DNA of 64,000 nucleotides from Candidatus Cloacimonadales bacterium. GTDB lineage: Bacteria; Cloacimonadota; Cloacimonadia; G963667145. Location: positions 72,450 to 136,449 of the forward strand of contig OZ223280.1 of NCBI GenBank assembly GCA_965140615.1, read 5' to 3'. Of this stretch, positions 28,501-38,527 are shown piece after piece. The notes beneath the pieces are model-generated. The model did not search any database. It saw nothing but the letters and a program-made list of their open reading frames with translations, and was not told the origin of the DNA. Both the position numbers and the translations under genes were made by a program. Each line of letters opens with the position of its first letter. Position 1 is the first letter of the stretch.

Positions 28501-29172
28501 TTGAAAAAGACAAGGAAAGTTATTATGGATAGAACTGAACTTAAAAAAAAGAAAAGATTAAAAAAAATAGTTGCTGGATTTTTGATTTTGGGCATAGCTA
28601 TTGTTTTGTTTTTTTTGGGAATGTTCTCCACGAATATCGTGATGAACCTAGTGGTAGGACACGGCAATGAGGTGCTAGTGCCCAATTTGGTAGGAATAAA
28701 CTTCCCCAAAGCTGCTGATATCTGCCAAGACAATAAGCTCTACATCCAAGATGTTTCAAGGGAATACAGCAGTATCTATCCCGTGGGTCATGTGATAGAG
28801 CAAGAGCCCGCAGACAGCTCGATAGTCAAAAGGTTTCGCACGATCAATGTTGTGCTCAGCAAAGGCGTAAAGCTAATCAAAATGCCTTTGCTTATCGGGA
28901 CAGACCTAGAGCTAGTGAAAGTTCAAATGGAGACCTTGGGATTAAAAGTAGGCAAAATTTCCCGATACTACAACCAAGAGATAAGCAAGAATGTCGTAAT
29001 CTCCACAGTACCAGCAGCTGGCGAAGATGTCGCTGTGGGCGGTATAGTTAATCTAGATGTGAGCCTTGGCAACCTTAAAAACAGCAAGAATAATCTCGTG
29101 AACCCAAGCAACCCTTTTTCGCAAGACAACGCTGAGGAAGAAGAGATTAACTATGAAGACCTTTTCGAATAG
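28501..29172 (+). CDS. membrane-anchored PASTA-domain protein (two PASTA repeats, no kinase or PBP domain)
   Basis: 223 aa; basic N-terminus plus one TM helix; two PASTA-like repeats of about 65 aa each; acidic C-terminal tail. Confidence 0.6.
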   Translation: MKKTRKVIMDRTELKKKKRLKKIVAGFLILGIAIVLFFLGMFSTNIVMNLVVGHGNEVLVPNLVGINFPKAADICQDNKLYIQDVSREYSSIYPVGHVIEQEPADSSIVKRFRTINVVLSKGVKLIKMPLLIGTDLELVKVQMETLGLKVGKISRYYNQEISKNVVISTVPAAGEDVAVGGIVNLDVSLGNLKNSKNNLVNPSNPFSQDNAEEEEINYEDLFE

Positions 29173-30238
29173 CCTGCACAGAGTAAAAAAAGTTCAAGCC
29201 AAACTAAAAAAAGGACAGTGGGCTTTAGTCCAACAACAAGCTAATCTTCACTACTTGGAGTTTGCCAAAGTCGACTTTTTATTGCTCTCTCGTGATAAGT
29301 GTTTCTACTTCATCACCAGCAAAAACAAATCCGCTAAAATCTGGCTCGGGCAAACCACAATTGCCTACAAGAAAGGATCTTGCCAAGAGAGTAGCGAGAT
29401 CTTACCTTTTTTAAAGAAGATAAATTTTGATTTACTTTACACAGACCTTGCTGTCGCTTTAAAACCTTTTGCAAAAAATCAGCTTCGTCAAGAAGTTACT
29501 CCTTTGACTGCCGAATTTCCCCCAGAAAAACTCTCCAGCCTTACTCCTATTATAGCACCTTTGCGGATGGTGAAAGACAAAAAAGAGCTTGAGAATATAA
29601 AAAGAGCCAACTGTCTGACCAAGGAAGCTATCTGCCACTTGCAAAAGTTTTTGGTTTCTGGCGTAAGAGAGTCGGAACTAAAAGCCGAGTTTGATTACTT
29701 TTTGGCTAAAAAAGGGGTTTTAGAGCAAGCTTTCACCCCCATCATCGCTTGCGATAGCTCATCGTGCGTCTTACACAAGCAAGACTACGACGGAAAGATG
29801 CAAAACAGCGTTCTACTGGATGTGGGTGCAAAATACAAAAACTATTGTGCCGATATTTCCCGCTCTTATTTTTTGCGACCAACATCTTTACAAGAAAAAA
29901 CTTTGCTCTTGGTAAAGAAAGCTCAGAGCGAAGTGATAAAGCAAGCAAAGCCAAGAATGACAATCAAAAATCTAAACCTAATCTGCCAAGAAGTGCTTTA
30001 CCAAGGACTTTTGGAGATGAAAGTCCTCACTACAAAGTCTCAACTAAGCGATTTTTTTATGCACAGCGTTTCTCATCATCTGGGGCTGGAGACACACGAC
30101 TTGAGCCTAACGGAGATGCCTTTGCAAAAAAATATGGTCATCACGGTTGAGCCGGGTCTCTACTTTTGGCAAGAAGGCTTTGGGATTAGGATAGAGGACG
30201 ATATCATCATCACTGGCTCTGGTGCTGAGCTAATCTGA
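29153..30238 (+). CDS. pepP: Xaa-Pro aminopeptidase (M24B family, PepP-like)
   Basis: 361 aa; creatinase-like N-domain; M24 metal ligands (HSVSHHLGLETHD; VEPGLYF...IRIEDD). Confidence 0.8.
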   Translation: MKTFSNSLHRVKKVQAKLKKGQWALVQQQANLHYLEFAKVDFLLLSRDKCFYFITSKNKSAKIWLGQTTIAYKKGSCQESSEILPFLKKINFDLLYTDLAVALKPFAKNQLRQEVTPLTAEFPPEKLSSLTPIIAPLRMVKDKKELENIKRANCLTKEAICHLQKFLVSGVRESELKAEFDYFLAKKGVLEQAFTPIIACDSSSCVLHKQDYDGKMQNSVLLDVGAKYKNYCADISRSYFLRPTSLQEKTLLLVKKAQSEVIKQAKPRMTIKNLNLICQEVLYQGLLEMKVLTTKSQLSDFFMHSVSHHLGLETHDLSLTEMPLQKNMVITVEPGLYFWQEGFGIRIEDDIIITGSGAELI

Positions 30239-33200
30239 CTCATCTAGCAGCGAGAGCACATCCACAATTTTTGCCAACTCTTGCTTAACTCCGATAAGAA
30301 CCTTTAACTCAAAGCCTTGCAACAAATCAAACTCCACTTGATAGCTGGATTTCATCAATTTCTCCAATCTTTTTTGAGGTGGCACTACAGCAAAAGTAAA
30401 AACTGCCCGCTTCTTGCGATGCTTTATCTTGCTTATCCCCAGCTTCTTTGCCAAGACGGTGATAGTATAATAAGCAAGAACGGCAAGCGTGTTTGCCTCC
30501 AAGTTGCCGAAGCGATTTTCCAGCTCTTCTGCCAATAGCTCAAACTGCTTCTTGCTAGTGAACTTCAACATCCGAGAGTACATCTCTAGGCGAAGCTCAG
30601 CATCTGCTATGTACTCTGCGGGGATGTAGTACTCCCCATCTAGCTCTATGTCCACCTCTTGCATCTTAAAGCGTTTACCCTCGCCTATGTTGGCTATCGC
30701 ATCACTGAGCAGATTGTTATAGTAGTTGAAGCCGATTTGGGCGATGTTGCCCGATTGCCCCGTGCCTACCATGGATCCTACGCCTCTGACCTGCATATCG
30801 AGCATTGCCACCTTGTAGCCACTACTGCCGGATGCTGACAAAGACTGCAACCTGTTGAGCTGCTCTCGGGTAGCACCTTTTGGTAGCAAGTAATAGCAAT
30901 ACGCTCGTTGGCTACTCCTGCCTACTCGCCCTTTTAGCTGGTAGAGGCTAGATAACCCGAAAAGGTCGGCACGATTAACGATGATGGTGTTAGCGTTGGC
31001 TATGTCGATGCCGTTTTCGATGATGCTCGTGCAGACCAATACAGAAAATTTATTGTGATAAAAGTCCAAGATTATTCTCTCCAGCTCTGCCTCTTTCATC
31101 TGTCCGTGAGTCACCTTCATACTGACTTTGGGTAAGAGCTTTTGCAACTTTTCCAGCTCTTTCTGGATGCTCTCTACCCTGTTGTGCACGAAAAACACCT
31201 GTCCACCTCGCGATATCTCCTTCTGGATTGCATTCTTGAGTAAACTCTTTTGATAGTAGCTGACCACGGAGTTTACTGGGACTCGCTGCTTGGGACTGGA
31301 TAAGATTAAGCTGATGTCTTTCACCCCGCTGAGTGCCATGTTAAGCGTACGCGGGATAGGTGTCGCCGACATATAGAGCGTGTCTATCTCTAGCTTGAGC
31401 TTACGCAGTTTCTCCTTGGCTCGTACTCCAAAGCGGTGCTCCTCGTCGATTACCAGCAGTCCCAGCTTAGCAAACGAGATGTCGGCAGACAGCAGGCGGT
31501 GCGTACCGATGATGATATCTACCTCTCCCTTAGCCAGCTGTGCGACCACTTTCTTTTGCTCCGCTTTCTTTACAAATCTGCTAAGCATCTTGATCCGCAC
31601 GGGATACATCGCCAATCGCTGAGAGAACACAGTAAAGAGCTGTTCACAGAGCAAAGTTGTGGGTGAAAGCACTGCCACTTGGTATGAGGAGCAAACAGCC
31701 TTGAAAGCGGCTCTAACTGCCACCTCTGTCTTGCCGTAGCCCACATCACCACACAAAAGACGCTCCATAGGTCTTGGTTGCTCCATATCTTTTTTTATCT
31801 GCTCTATTGCCACCAGCTGGTCTCTGGTGGGCTCATAAAGAAACTCCGCTTCCATACTTTCTTGCATCTCGTCGTCAGGCGTAAAGGCTATACCCTTGAC
31901 TTTCGCCCTCTTAGCATAAAAATCTACCAAATCTTTGGCAATTACCTCAATACGCTTCTTTACTTTGGCTTTCGTGTTTTTCCATTTTTTGGAGCCTATC
32001 TTTTCTTGCTTAACCTCTACGCCCTCGGCAGCCACAAACTTTGAAACCTTATCTAGGGAGTAAGATGGCAGAAATATGGCGTCGCCCCCTTGATAATACA
32101 AGACCAGGCACTCAATCTTCTTCCCATCAATTAAGGTGGTTTTCAGCCCACCGTAAACACCTATGCCATAGTCCGAATGCACCAGATACTCGCCCTGTAC
32201 GAGGAACTTTGGTTTCTCCACCGCCTTTCTGCCTTTGCTCAGGCTCTGCACGGCGTTGTAACGATTAAAAATCTGGTGATCGGTAAATACGCTCAGGCTC
32301 ACATCTTCTAGGCTAAACCCGCAAGAGAATACCCCTTGCTGATAAGATATCTGAGGAAAATCGCCCAAGATTTTTTTTAGCCTCTTTATTTGAGCCTTGT
32401 TATCCGTCTGAAGCACCACGCTATGTCCTTTCTTTAGAGCCTGTTGCAGCTCAATCTTGAGAAGCTTCATATTACCCTGCAAATTTACTCCCACTTGCAA
32501 CTCTGATGGGAAAAAGGTTTTGCGTTGATTGTGAAGTGAGCTAAAAATAAACGCAGAACCTACAGCCTCTTTGACTTTTTGCGTGCTAAGGAAAATCTTA
32601 TCGGGCTCAACTAATAACTCTTGAGCTTCTTGGCTGGCTTGTGTAGCTTCGCTCAGTAAGTTTTCAGAAACTTCTGACAATTCAAAACCTTCCAAAAACA
32701 AAAGCAAGTTGCTCATCTCCACTATCGCCTTGCAAGGGAATATTGCTGCCAAGTCGTTTTCTATGCCTTGGTAGTAACCAAACTCCTTAACTTTGTCGGC
32801 TATCTTTTGGTGCTGTGGTTGAGCAGAAAAAAGGGAAAACTCCCGAGCAGGCAATATCTTTACCTGTCCAACTTCTGTGGTAGTAAGCTGAGTTTGCAAA
32901 TCGAAGAAACGAACCTTGTCGATCTGCTCATACTCATACTCCAGCCTCACACCCATTTGGCTACCGGGGACGCAGATATCAAAAATCTCTCCTCGCTGAG
33001 CAAACTCTCCGCTATCATAAACTTGATAACATTTGCTGTAACCTAGAGCTATGAGCTTATTGCCTAGCTCCTCTGGTGATAGCTTCTGCGAAGCTTTTAG
33101 CACAAACGATGGCAACTGACTAACAACGGGCAAGCGACGAAGTGCAGCAGCGTCCGATAGGCAGTAAACGCCAGCTTGAGCAGAATACAGATGCTCCAAC

Positions 33201-33499
33201 ACCACTATCCTTTGCTCCAGCACACCCAGCGACGAAGACCGACCCTCGTAGGGCAAAAGGTCAAAGTCGGGCAGGTAAAAAGCAAAATTTTCTTGGAGCA
33301 AATTGATGTCGGCAACAATCTTTTTAATCTTTTGCAAATCGGAACAAACGAAAACTAACTTTTTGTTTTGCTTCACCAAAAAGTACAGTCGCAAAGCGAT
33401 ATCAAGGGAACTATTCGTTCCGAAGACAGCATTTTGGGGTAATTTTAAAAACTCTTTAACCAAAGAAGATTTAACGAATTTATCTAGCAGATTTTTCAT
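30230..33499 (-). CDS. mfd: transcription-repair coupling factor Mfd
   Basis: 1089 aa; UvrB-homology N-domain, RNAP-interaction domain, SF2 helicase motifs (GDVGYGKTEVA, DEEHRFG, LSATPIPRTL), TRG motif. Confidence 0.9.
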   Translation of the reverse strand: MKNLLDKFVKSSLVKEFLKLPQNAVFGTNSSLDIALRLYFLVKQNKKLVFVCSDLQKIKKIVADINLLQENFAFYLPDFDLLPYEGRSSSLGVLEQRIVVLEHLYSAQAGVYCLSDAAALRRLPVVSQLPSFVLKASQKLSPEELGNKLIALGYSKCYQVYDSGEFAQRGEIFDICVPGSQMGVRLEYEYEQIDKVRFFDLQTQLTTTEVGQVKILPAREFSLFSAQPQHQKIADKVKEFGYYQGIENDLAAIFPCKAIVEMSNLLLFLEGFELSEVSENLLSEATQASQEAQELLVEPDKIFLSTQKVKEAVGSAFIFSSLHNQRKTFFPSELQVGVNLQGNMKLLKIELQQALKKGHSVVLQTDNKAQIKRLKKILGDFPQISYQQGVFSCGFSLEDVSLSVFTDHQIFNRYNAVQSLSKGRKAVEKPKFLVQGEYLVHSDYGIGVYGGLKTTLIDGKKIECLVLYYQGGDAIFLPSYSLDKVSKFVAAEGVEVKQEKIGSKKWKNTKAKVKKRIEVIAKDLVDFYAKRAKVKGIAFTPDDEMQESMEAEFLYEPTRDQLVAIEQIKKDMEQPRPMERLLCGDVGYGKTEVAVRAAFKAVCSSYQVAVLSPTTLLCEQLFTVFSQRLAMYPVRIKMLSRFVKKAEQKKVVAQLAKGEVDIIIGTHRLLSADISFAKLGLLVIDEEHRFGVRAKEKLRKLKLEIDTLYMSATPIPRTLNMALSGVKDISLILSSPKQRVPVNSVVSYYQKSLLKNAIQKEISRGGQVFFVHNRVESIQKELEKLQKLLPKVSMKVTHGQMKEAELERIILDFYHNKFSVLVCTSIIENGIDIANANTIIVNRADLFGLSSLYQLKGRVGRSSQRAYCYYLLPKGATREQLNRLQSLSASGSSGYKVAMLDMQVRGVGSMVGTGQSGNIAQIGFNYYNNLLSDAIANIGEGKRFKMQEVDIELDGEYYIPAEYIADAELRLEMYSRMLKFTSKKQFELLAEELENRFGNLEANTLAVLAYYTITVLAKKLGISKIKHRKKRAVFTFAVVPPQKRLEKLMKSSYQVEFDLLQGFELKVLIGVKQELAKIVDVLSLLDESD

Positions 33500-33576
33500 A
33501 ATTTCTCTTTACAGCAGATTATCCGCATATCCTAGTGTCAATAGATTTGAGCCACTAAAAAATAAGAGAGAAAATT

Positions 33577-34416
33577 TTGCGAAAAAACAGTTTTATAATT
33601 TGCTGCTGGCTGGCGACATCCACCCTTTACAGCTCTGCCTTTGAGCATCTGCAAACTTTAGTGAATTTCGGTGCACGCACTCCAAACTCAGTGGCAATAG
33701 ACAAGGCTCGCCATTACATAGTGCAAGAAATCTCTCGCCTAAAAAATTGCAAAGTAGAAAAAAAAAGGTTCGTTTCTTTGCTAAACAATAAGGCTCAATC
33801 TGGGGTAAATGTCGTGGCAATGCTCAATCCCGATGTAAAAAAAAGGGTGATGCTTTGCACTCACTACGATACCCGCTTTTGTGCAGAAAAAGACCCCAAG
33901 ACCCCACATTTGCCAGTGCCCGGAGCTAATGATGGAGCCAGCGGAACTGCTGCTTTGCTTGCTCTTGCCCATAAATTTACCCAAGCTGGCACGCAAGCTG
34001 GCATAGATTTTGTGTTTTTTGATCTGGAAGATCAAGGCAATAGCAAATCTAGCAAAGACTGGATATTGGGCTCTAAAAATTACGCCAAAAGCATTAGCAA
34101 AGACAGATACAAGCTGGTGATATTGCTGGATATGGTCGCCGGGGAAAAGCAAGAATTTCTGCAAGAGAAGTTTGCCCAGCTCTCGTTCCCACAAGTGAAC
34201 AACCAGTTTTGGGAAATCGCTGGCTTCAGCCAAAAAGAAGGTAACTACATCTACGACGACCACTTGCCGTTTATCTGGTTGAACATCCCCACCATCGCCG
34301 TCATCGGCTGGCCTTTTGCTCAGCACCACACCACAAATGACACCCCAGAGCATTGCAGCTCAGAGACTCTAGACAGGGTCATCGACGCTACTTTTAAGTA
34401 CATACAAGATTTTTAG
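33577..34416 (+). CDS. M28-family zinc peptidase / glutaminyl-peptide cyclotransferase-like protein
   Basis: 279 aa; signal-like N-terminus; M28 metal-binding motifs (HYDT, PGANDGASG, D/E pairs). Confidence 0.65.
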   Translation: MRKNSFIICCWLATSTLYSSAFEHLQTLVNFGARTPNSVAIDKARHYIVQEISRLKNCKVEKKRFVSLLNNKAQSGVNVVAMLNPDVKKRVMLCTHYDTRFCAEKDPKTPHLPVPGANDGASGTAALLALAHKFTQAGTQAGIDFVFFDLEDQGNSKSSKDWILGSKNYAKSISKDRYKLVILLDMVAGEKQEFLQEKFAQLSFPQVNNQFWEIAGFSQKEGNYIYDDHLPFIWLNIPTIAVIGWPFAQHHTTNDTPEHCSSETLDRVIDATFKYIQDF

Positions 34417-34421
34417 GTCAA

Positions 34422-36284
34422 TCAGCAAGAGTTTAGATAGTCCGTTTCTTTTTGCTCCAAAGCAACTTTAACTTTTTCTAATTCAGTGGTTTGCTCAGAG
34501 ATGCAGAGATTTACTTTCGCCAACTTTTCTTTGTTTTGATAAATACGCTTATCCGTCAAAAGTTGATAATTTTCGTCTAGCTTTCTGGTCAGCGTTTCCA
34601 GCTTTGTTTCCAGTTTCTTTATCTCTTCTTCCATTATCAGCAACTTGTGGGGGTTCACTTTCTTAACTTTTTCTTTGGCAGAAGAAGAGTTTTTTTTAAC
34701 CCTTTTCTTGTACTCAAAGTTGCTATAGTCGCAATCTAGCCTTTCTTTGATGCTCCCATCTTCAAAAATCCAAAACTTGGAAGCCAACTTTTGCAAAAAA
34801 TATTTGTCGTGGCAGACAAACAGCAAACTTCCTTGATAATTCAAAAGAGCTTTTTCTAACGCTAAGATGGTTTTCAAATCCAGATGGTTTGTTGGCTCGT
34901 CCAAGATGAGTAAGTTGGGATTTTGCAAAATAAGGCGAGCCAAATAGAGTCTCGATTTCTCACCTCCGCTAAGCATAGACACCTTCCGCTCTACTATTTC
35001 CCCCGCAAAACCGTATGAAGCCAAATAAGACAACGGCTTGCCGATTGGCTCTCCAGCCATCAACGACCAAATTGCCTGCAACACACTTTGTTGGTTGTTT
35101 AGTAAAGTGTGATTTTGGTCAAAATAGCCAATCTTCAGACGGCTTCCGCGGTTTACTGTGCCAGCAAGAGGCAAAGCAATCCCACAAATAGTGGACAAAA
35201 ATGTCGATTTACCACAACCATTTTTACCAATGATGGCAACTCTATCTTTATAAGACAAGAGCAAATCTATCTTCTTGGCAAGCACATTGCCTGCATATCC
35301 AATAGATAACTCTTTGCATTCCAATACCTTTTGCCCTGTTCGCTCAGATTTTCCAAAATTTATGCGAAGCTCCTTTTCTTGGATAGGAGCAGAGAGAATT
35401 TCCATCTTCGCCAAAGTTCGCAAACGAGAAGCCGCTTGCTTAGTCTTTTGCCCTGCCATGTTGCGAGCCACAAAATCTTTCGTCTTCTCAATTTGCTTTT
35501 TTTGTTGTAAAAACTCTTTCTCTTGCTTTTGACAAAGAGCTACAAACTCTTTTTGGAAGTGGGAAAAATCCCCATGATAAATTGTAAGTTTTTTTTGATG
35601 AAGATGAAACAACTTAGTGGTTACTTTGTCCAAAAAACTTCTGTTGTGAGAAATTACCAAATAAGGTTTTTTTAAGTTCAATAAATATTTTTCCAGCCAC
35701 GCTATCATCATAAAATCCAAGTGGTTGGTTGGCTCATCGAGCAAGAGCAAATCGAACCTTGACAAAAGAACTTTCGCCAATTGCAACCGAGCTATCTGCC
35801 CTCCACTAAGGTTATTCAAAGGCTTTTCCCAACTCTCAGGAAAAAAATTTAGATGAGTCAGAACAGATTTGATTTCCGACTTTAGTGCGTAGCCTCTCAT
35901 CTGAGTAAACTTTTCTTGCAGATTTGTCAATCTGTGCAAAACGCTTTGGTTGCCAGTAAGTTCCAGTTCTTGAGAAACTTTTTGAATTTCGCTATCTAAG
36001 GCAAGAACATCTTTTCTAGCTTCGCAAACAAACTCCCAAACATTTTTTTGCAAGCAGTTAGACAAACTTTGCTCCAAGTGAGCAATTTTCAGACCTTTTT
36101 TCTGGCTGACTTCCCCGCCCAAGAGAGCATCTTGTTGCAAAAGAGCTGAAAAAAAAGAAGATTTGCCACAACCGTTATCACCTATCACGCCCACTTTGTC
36201 TGTGGTTTTCACCATAAAAGATACCCCAGAAAAGAGCTCTTTCCCTGGATAACCAACTTTTAAATTGCTGGTAGAGAGTAACAT
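34422..36284 (-). CDS. ABC-F family ATPase (tandem ABC domains, no TMD) with C-terminal coiled-coil
   Basis: 620 aa; two Walker A sites (GDNGCGKSS, GKNGCGKST), two ABC signatures (LSGGQIARL, LSGGEKSRL), inter-domain linker and C-terminal coiled-coil. Confidence 0.85.
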   Translation of the reverse strand: MLLSTSNLKVGYPGKELFSGVSFMVKTTDKVGVIGDNGCGKSSFFSALLQQDALLGGEVSQKKGLKIAHLEQSLSNCLQKNVWEFVCEARKDVLALDSEIQKVSQELELTGNQSVLHRLTNLQEKFTQMRGYALKSEIKSVLTHLNFFPESWEKPLNNLSGGQIARLQLAKVLLSRFDLLLLDEPTNHLDFMMIAWLEKYLLNLKKPYLVISHNRSFLDKVTTKLFHLHQKKLTIYHGDFSHFQKEFVALCQKQEKEFLQQKKQIEKTKDFVARNMAGQKTKQAASRLRTLAKMEILSAPIQEKELRINFGKSERTGQKVLECKELSIGYAGNVLAKKIDLLLSYKDRVAIIGKNGCGKSTFLSTICGIALPLAGTVNRGSRLKIGYFDQNHTLLNNQQSVLQAIWSLMAGEPIGKPLSYLASYGFAGEIVERKVSMLSGGEKSRLYLARLILQNPNLLILDEPTNHLDLKTILALEKALLNYQGSLLFVCHDKYFLQKLASKFWIFEDGSIKERLDCDYSNFEYKKRVKKNSSSAKEKVKKVNPHKLLIMEEEIKKLETKLETLTRKLDENYQLLTDKRIYQNKEKLAKVNLCISEQTTELEKVKVALEQKETDYLNSC

Positions 36285-37070
36285 CTACTTCTTGGCTTGA
36301 ATCTCTTTGACCTTTTCCAAATCCAACTCCAAAGGCTTTTGCTCTCGCTTAACACCCTGCAAATGCACCTTTTGCTTAGAAATGTCGTTGAAATTTACAA
36401 AATAAATTTCGCCTTTGTACCTAATTTTTGAGCCAATTTTGGGATAATCTTGGTAAGTTTCCTTTTCGTAATCCAAACAGCAAAGCAATCTCCCACAAGG
36501 TCCCGAAATTTGCGAGAGGTTACCAGAGAGATTTTGCTGTTTGACCATCTTCACCGAGATAGGCTGAAACTTTTGCAGGTGTTTATGACAGCAATAAGCT
36601 CTGCCACACGAGCCCACGCCTCCCATATTTTTGGTTCTATCACGAGAAGATATCTGGATAAACTCAATCCTTTTGCCAAAAATAGTCGCTAGCTCCTTGG
36701 CGAACTCCCTAAAGTCCACTCTTTTTTCGGAAGTAAACAAAAACAACAACTTCTTGCCGTCGAACTGCTGCACCCCATAAAAAAGGTTCATCTCGATGGA
36801 ATGATTGGTAATCGTCTTATTGTAAATCTCTTCCGCTTTTTTCTCTTCCTCTTTTAGCGACTGCAATTTTGCAAGATCTTTGCCACTGGCAACCCGCAAT
36901 ATTTTCTTGTGATCTTCGGCAACTTTCGGTTTCTCGCCAATAGCTATTATCGTAGCGATATCGTAGCCATACTCTAAGTTCACTATCACCCTTTGCAATG
37001 GTGAGATAGGAAAATCTGGGGTGTGATACAACTGCTCGCGTCCTGTTCTAAATTTAACTCTAACTGACAT
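36285..37070 (-). CDS. ricT: PSP1 C-terminal domain protein (RicT/YaaT family)
   Basis: 261 aa; conserved Cys-rich PSP1 core (SCGRAYCCHKHL...GPCGRLLCCLDYE). Confidence 0.75.
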   Translation of the reverse strand: MSVRVKFRTGREQLYHTPDFPISPLQRVIVNLEYGYDIATIIAIGEKPKVAEDHKKILRVASGKDLAKLQSLKEEEKKAEEIYNKTITNHSIEMNLFYGVQQFDGKKLLFLFTSEKRVDFREFAKELATIFGKRIEFIQISSRDRTKNMGGVGSCGRAYCCHKHLQKFQPISVKMVKQQNLSGNLSQISGPCGRLLCCLDYEKETYQDYPKIGSKIRYKGEIYFVNFNDISKQKVHLQGVKREQKPLELDLEKVKEIQAKK

Positions 37071-38250
37071 AATTTTTCAACTCTTTATTAAAAATTTTTT
37101 CGATTGCTTCTTTTTCTTTAGGCAATAGTTTCAATCCTCGACGAGCTTTGACCACCTGCAAAGTTTGCAAAAACTTGGGCAAATCGTAGAGATTCTGGCT
37201 TTCTACTTTGCCAAAGCGAAAATTACCTACTTTACCTTCAACTATTTTTGTGCCGTAGAGCGAGCATCCTGTGCCAATATACGCTCCTGTATTGAGTAAA
37301 GAGCCAATCCCCAGCTTTGTGTAGTCGCCTATCACACAACCCAAAAATTGGCGACCTGTCTCTATCTTTTGCTTGCCAGCGGAAAAACTTTTCACCTGTG
37401 AATAGTTGTTCTTAAGGTCAGAGCAAGTAGTACCAGCTCCCAAGTTTACCCAAGAGCCGATATAGCTCTCACCGATGAAGCCGTAGTGTTGCTTGTTGGA
37501 ATAATCGTCGATGATGGCTCCGTCCACCTCACCACCGACCTTACAGCTCCGACCAACGCTTGTGCCTCCTTTTAGGTGTGCAAAGGGCTTGATAGTAGAC
37601 TCCTTGCCCACATAGCACGGTCCTTCGAGCAAGCAGCTACTGCTTAACTGCACGCCGTCTTCTATCACGATAGCACCTGCTCTGGCGTCCAATATCGCCC
37701 CTACACCCAGAGACACGCCTTTACCGAGCCATACGCTGTAAGGGTTTAGTAATGTTGCCAACTGAGGTGGCACACTAAAGCCGTCCTTGCTACTATAAAA
37801 TTGTTGGAAGTCGTCCTCAATCTGCTTATCATTGTCTGCCACTAGCTCCCACCAATGCTCATAGAGTGCAGAGCCACAAACTGGCGAGCTATCAACAAAT
37901 TCCGCCTGTGAAAAGATACAACTATCTGCAACATCCAGATGAAAAGCCACAACCCGCTGGTTCTCTTCTTGATACAAAACAGCTCCTACTGGCAGGTTTC
38001 GCAGTGTCTCCACCATCTGGCTACTTACCTTCATCGCCGCATTCACACCCAGCCACCGTCCACTGGTCAGTTGCAAGCTCTCCAGCGACTCGCAGCAGAA
38101 ATCTTGCCTTTTGCCTGTAAAAGCTAAAGATATCCTTTCTGCCTGAGTAAAACAGCCCTTACGCAAAAAGCCGACAGACCTAACGGCAGAGAAAGGAAGA
38201 AGAGCCGAGGTTGTATCACTGTCGTCAAAAATAACCAATTTAGGTTTCAT
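37060..38250 (-). CDS. GlmU-like sugar-phosphate nucleotidyltransferase with C-terminal left-handed beta-helix (hexapeptide repeat) domain
   Basis: Likely start MKPKLVIFDD; the tracked ORF extends 29 codons further upstream. Hexapeptide repeats in the C-terminal half. Position right after spoVG mirrors Bacillus spoVG-glmU synteny. Confidence 0.55.
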   Translation of the reverse strand: MKPKLVIFDDSDTTSALLPFSAVRSVGFLRKGCFTQAERISLAFTGKRQDFCCESLESLQLTSGRWLGVNAAMKVSSQMVETLRNLPVGAVLYQEENQRVVAFHLDVADSCIFSQAEFVDSSPVCGSALYEHWWELVADNDKQIEDDFQQFYSSKDGFSVPPQLATLLNPYSVWLGKGVSLGVGAILDARAGAIVIEDGVQLSSSCLLEGPCYVGKESTIKPFAHLKGGTSVGRSCKVGGEVDGAIIDDYSNKQHYGFIGESYIGSWVNLGAGTTCSDLKNNYSQVKSFSAGKQKIETGRQFLGCVIGDYTKLGIGSLLNTGAYIGTGCSLYGTKIVEGKVGNFRFGKVESQNLYDLPKFLQTLQVVKARRGLKLLPKEKEAIEKIFNKELKNYVS

Positions 38251-38527
38251 AGACCAAAACTTTTTTGTTTTTCTCTCTCCAAGATTTGTGCTGCTGCAAG
38301 ATCTCCATCTGGAACAAAGTTTTTTTATCTTCATCACGGAAGGTCAAAATATCCATCCAGTGCATCCTGCTGTCTTTGCCTTTGAAAGATTTTTGCGGAA
38401 ACTCCACCAGAAGCTTCCCATCTTTTCGCAAGATAGACACCTCATTGAGGTACACACCTTCGCACACTTCTATGATGGCTCTAGAGTCCACCACTCCACG
38501 AGACACATCTTTAAATACTATTTTCAT
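38240..38527 (-). CDS. spoVG: SpoVG-family protein
   Basis: 95 aa; pattern similar to the SpoVG core (VYLNEVSILRKDGKLLVEFPQKSFKGKD resembles B. subtilis [27 protein letters not shown]); followed by a glmU-like gene. Confidence 0.6.
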   Translation of the reverse strand: MKIVFKDVSRGVVDSRAIIEVCEGVYLNEVSILRKDGKLLVEFPQKSFKGKDSRMHWMDILTFRDEDKKTLFQMEILQQHKSWREKNKKVLVYET

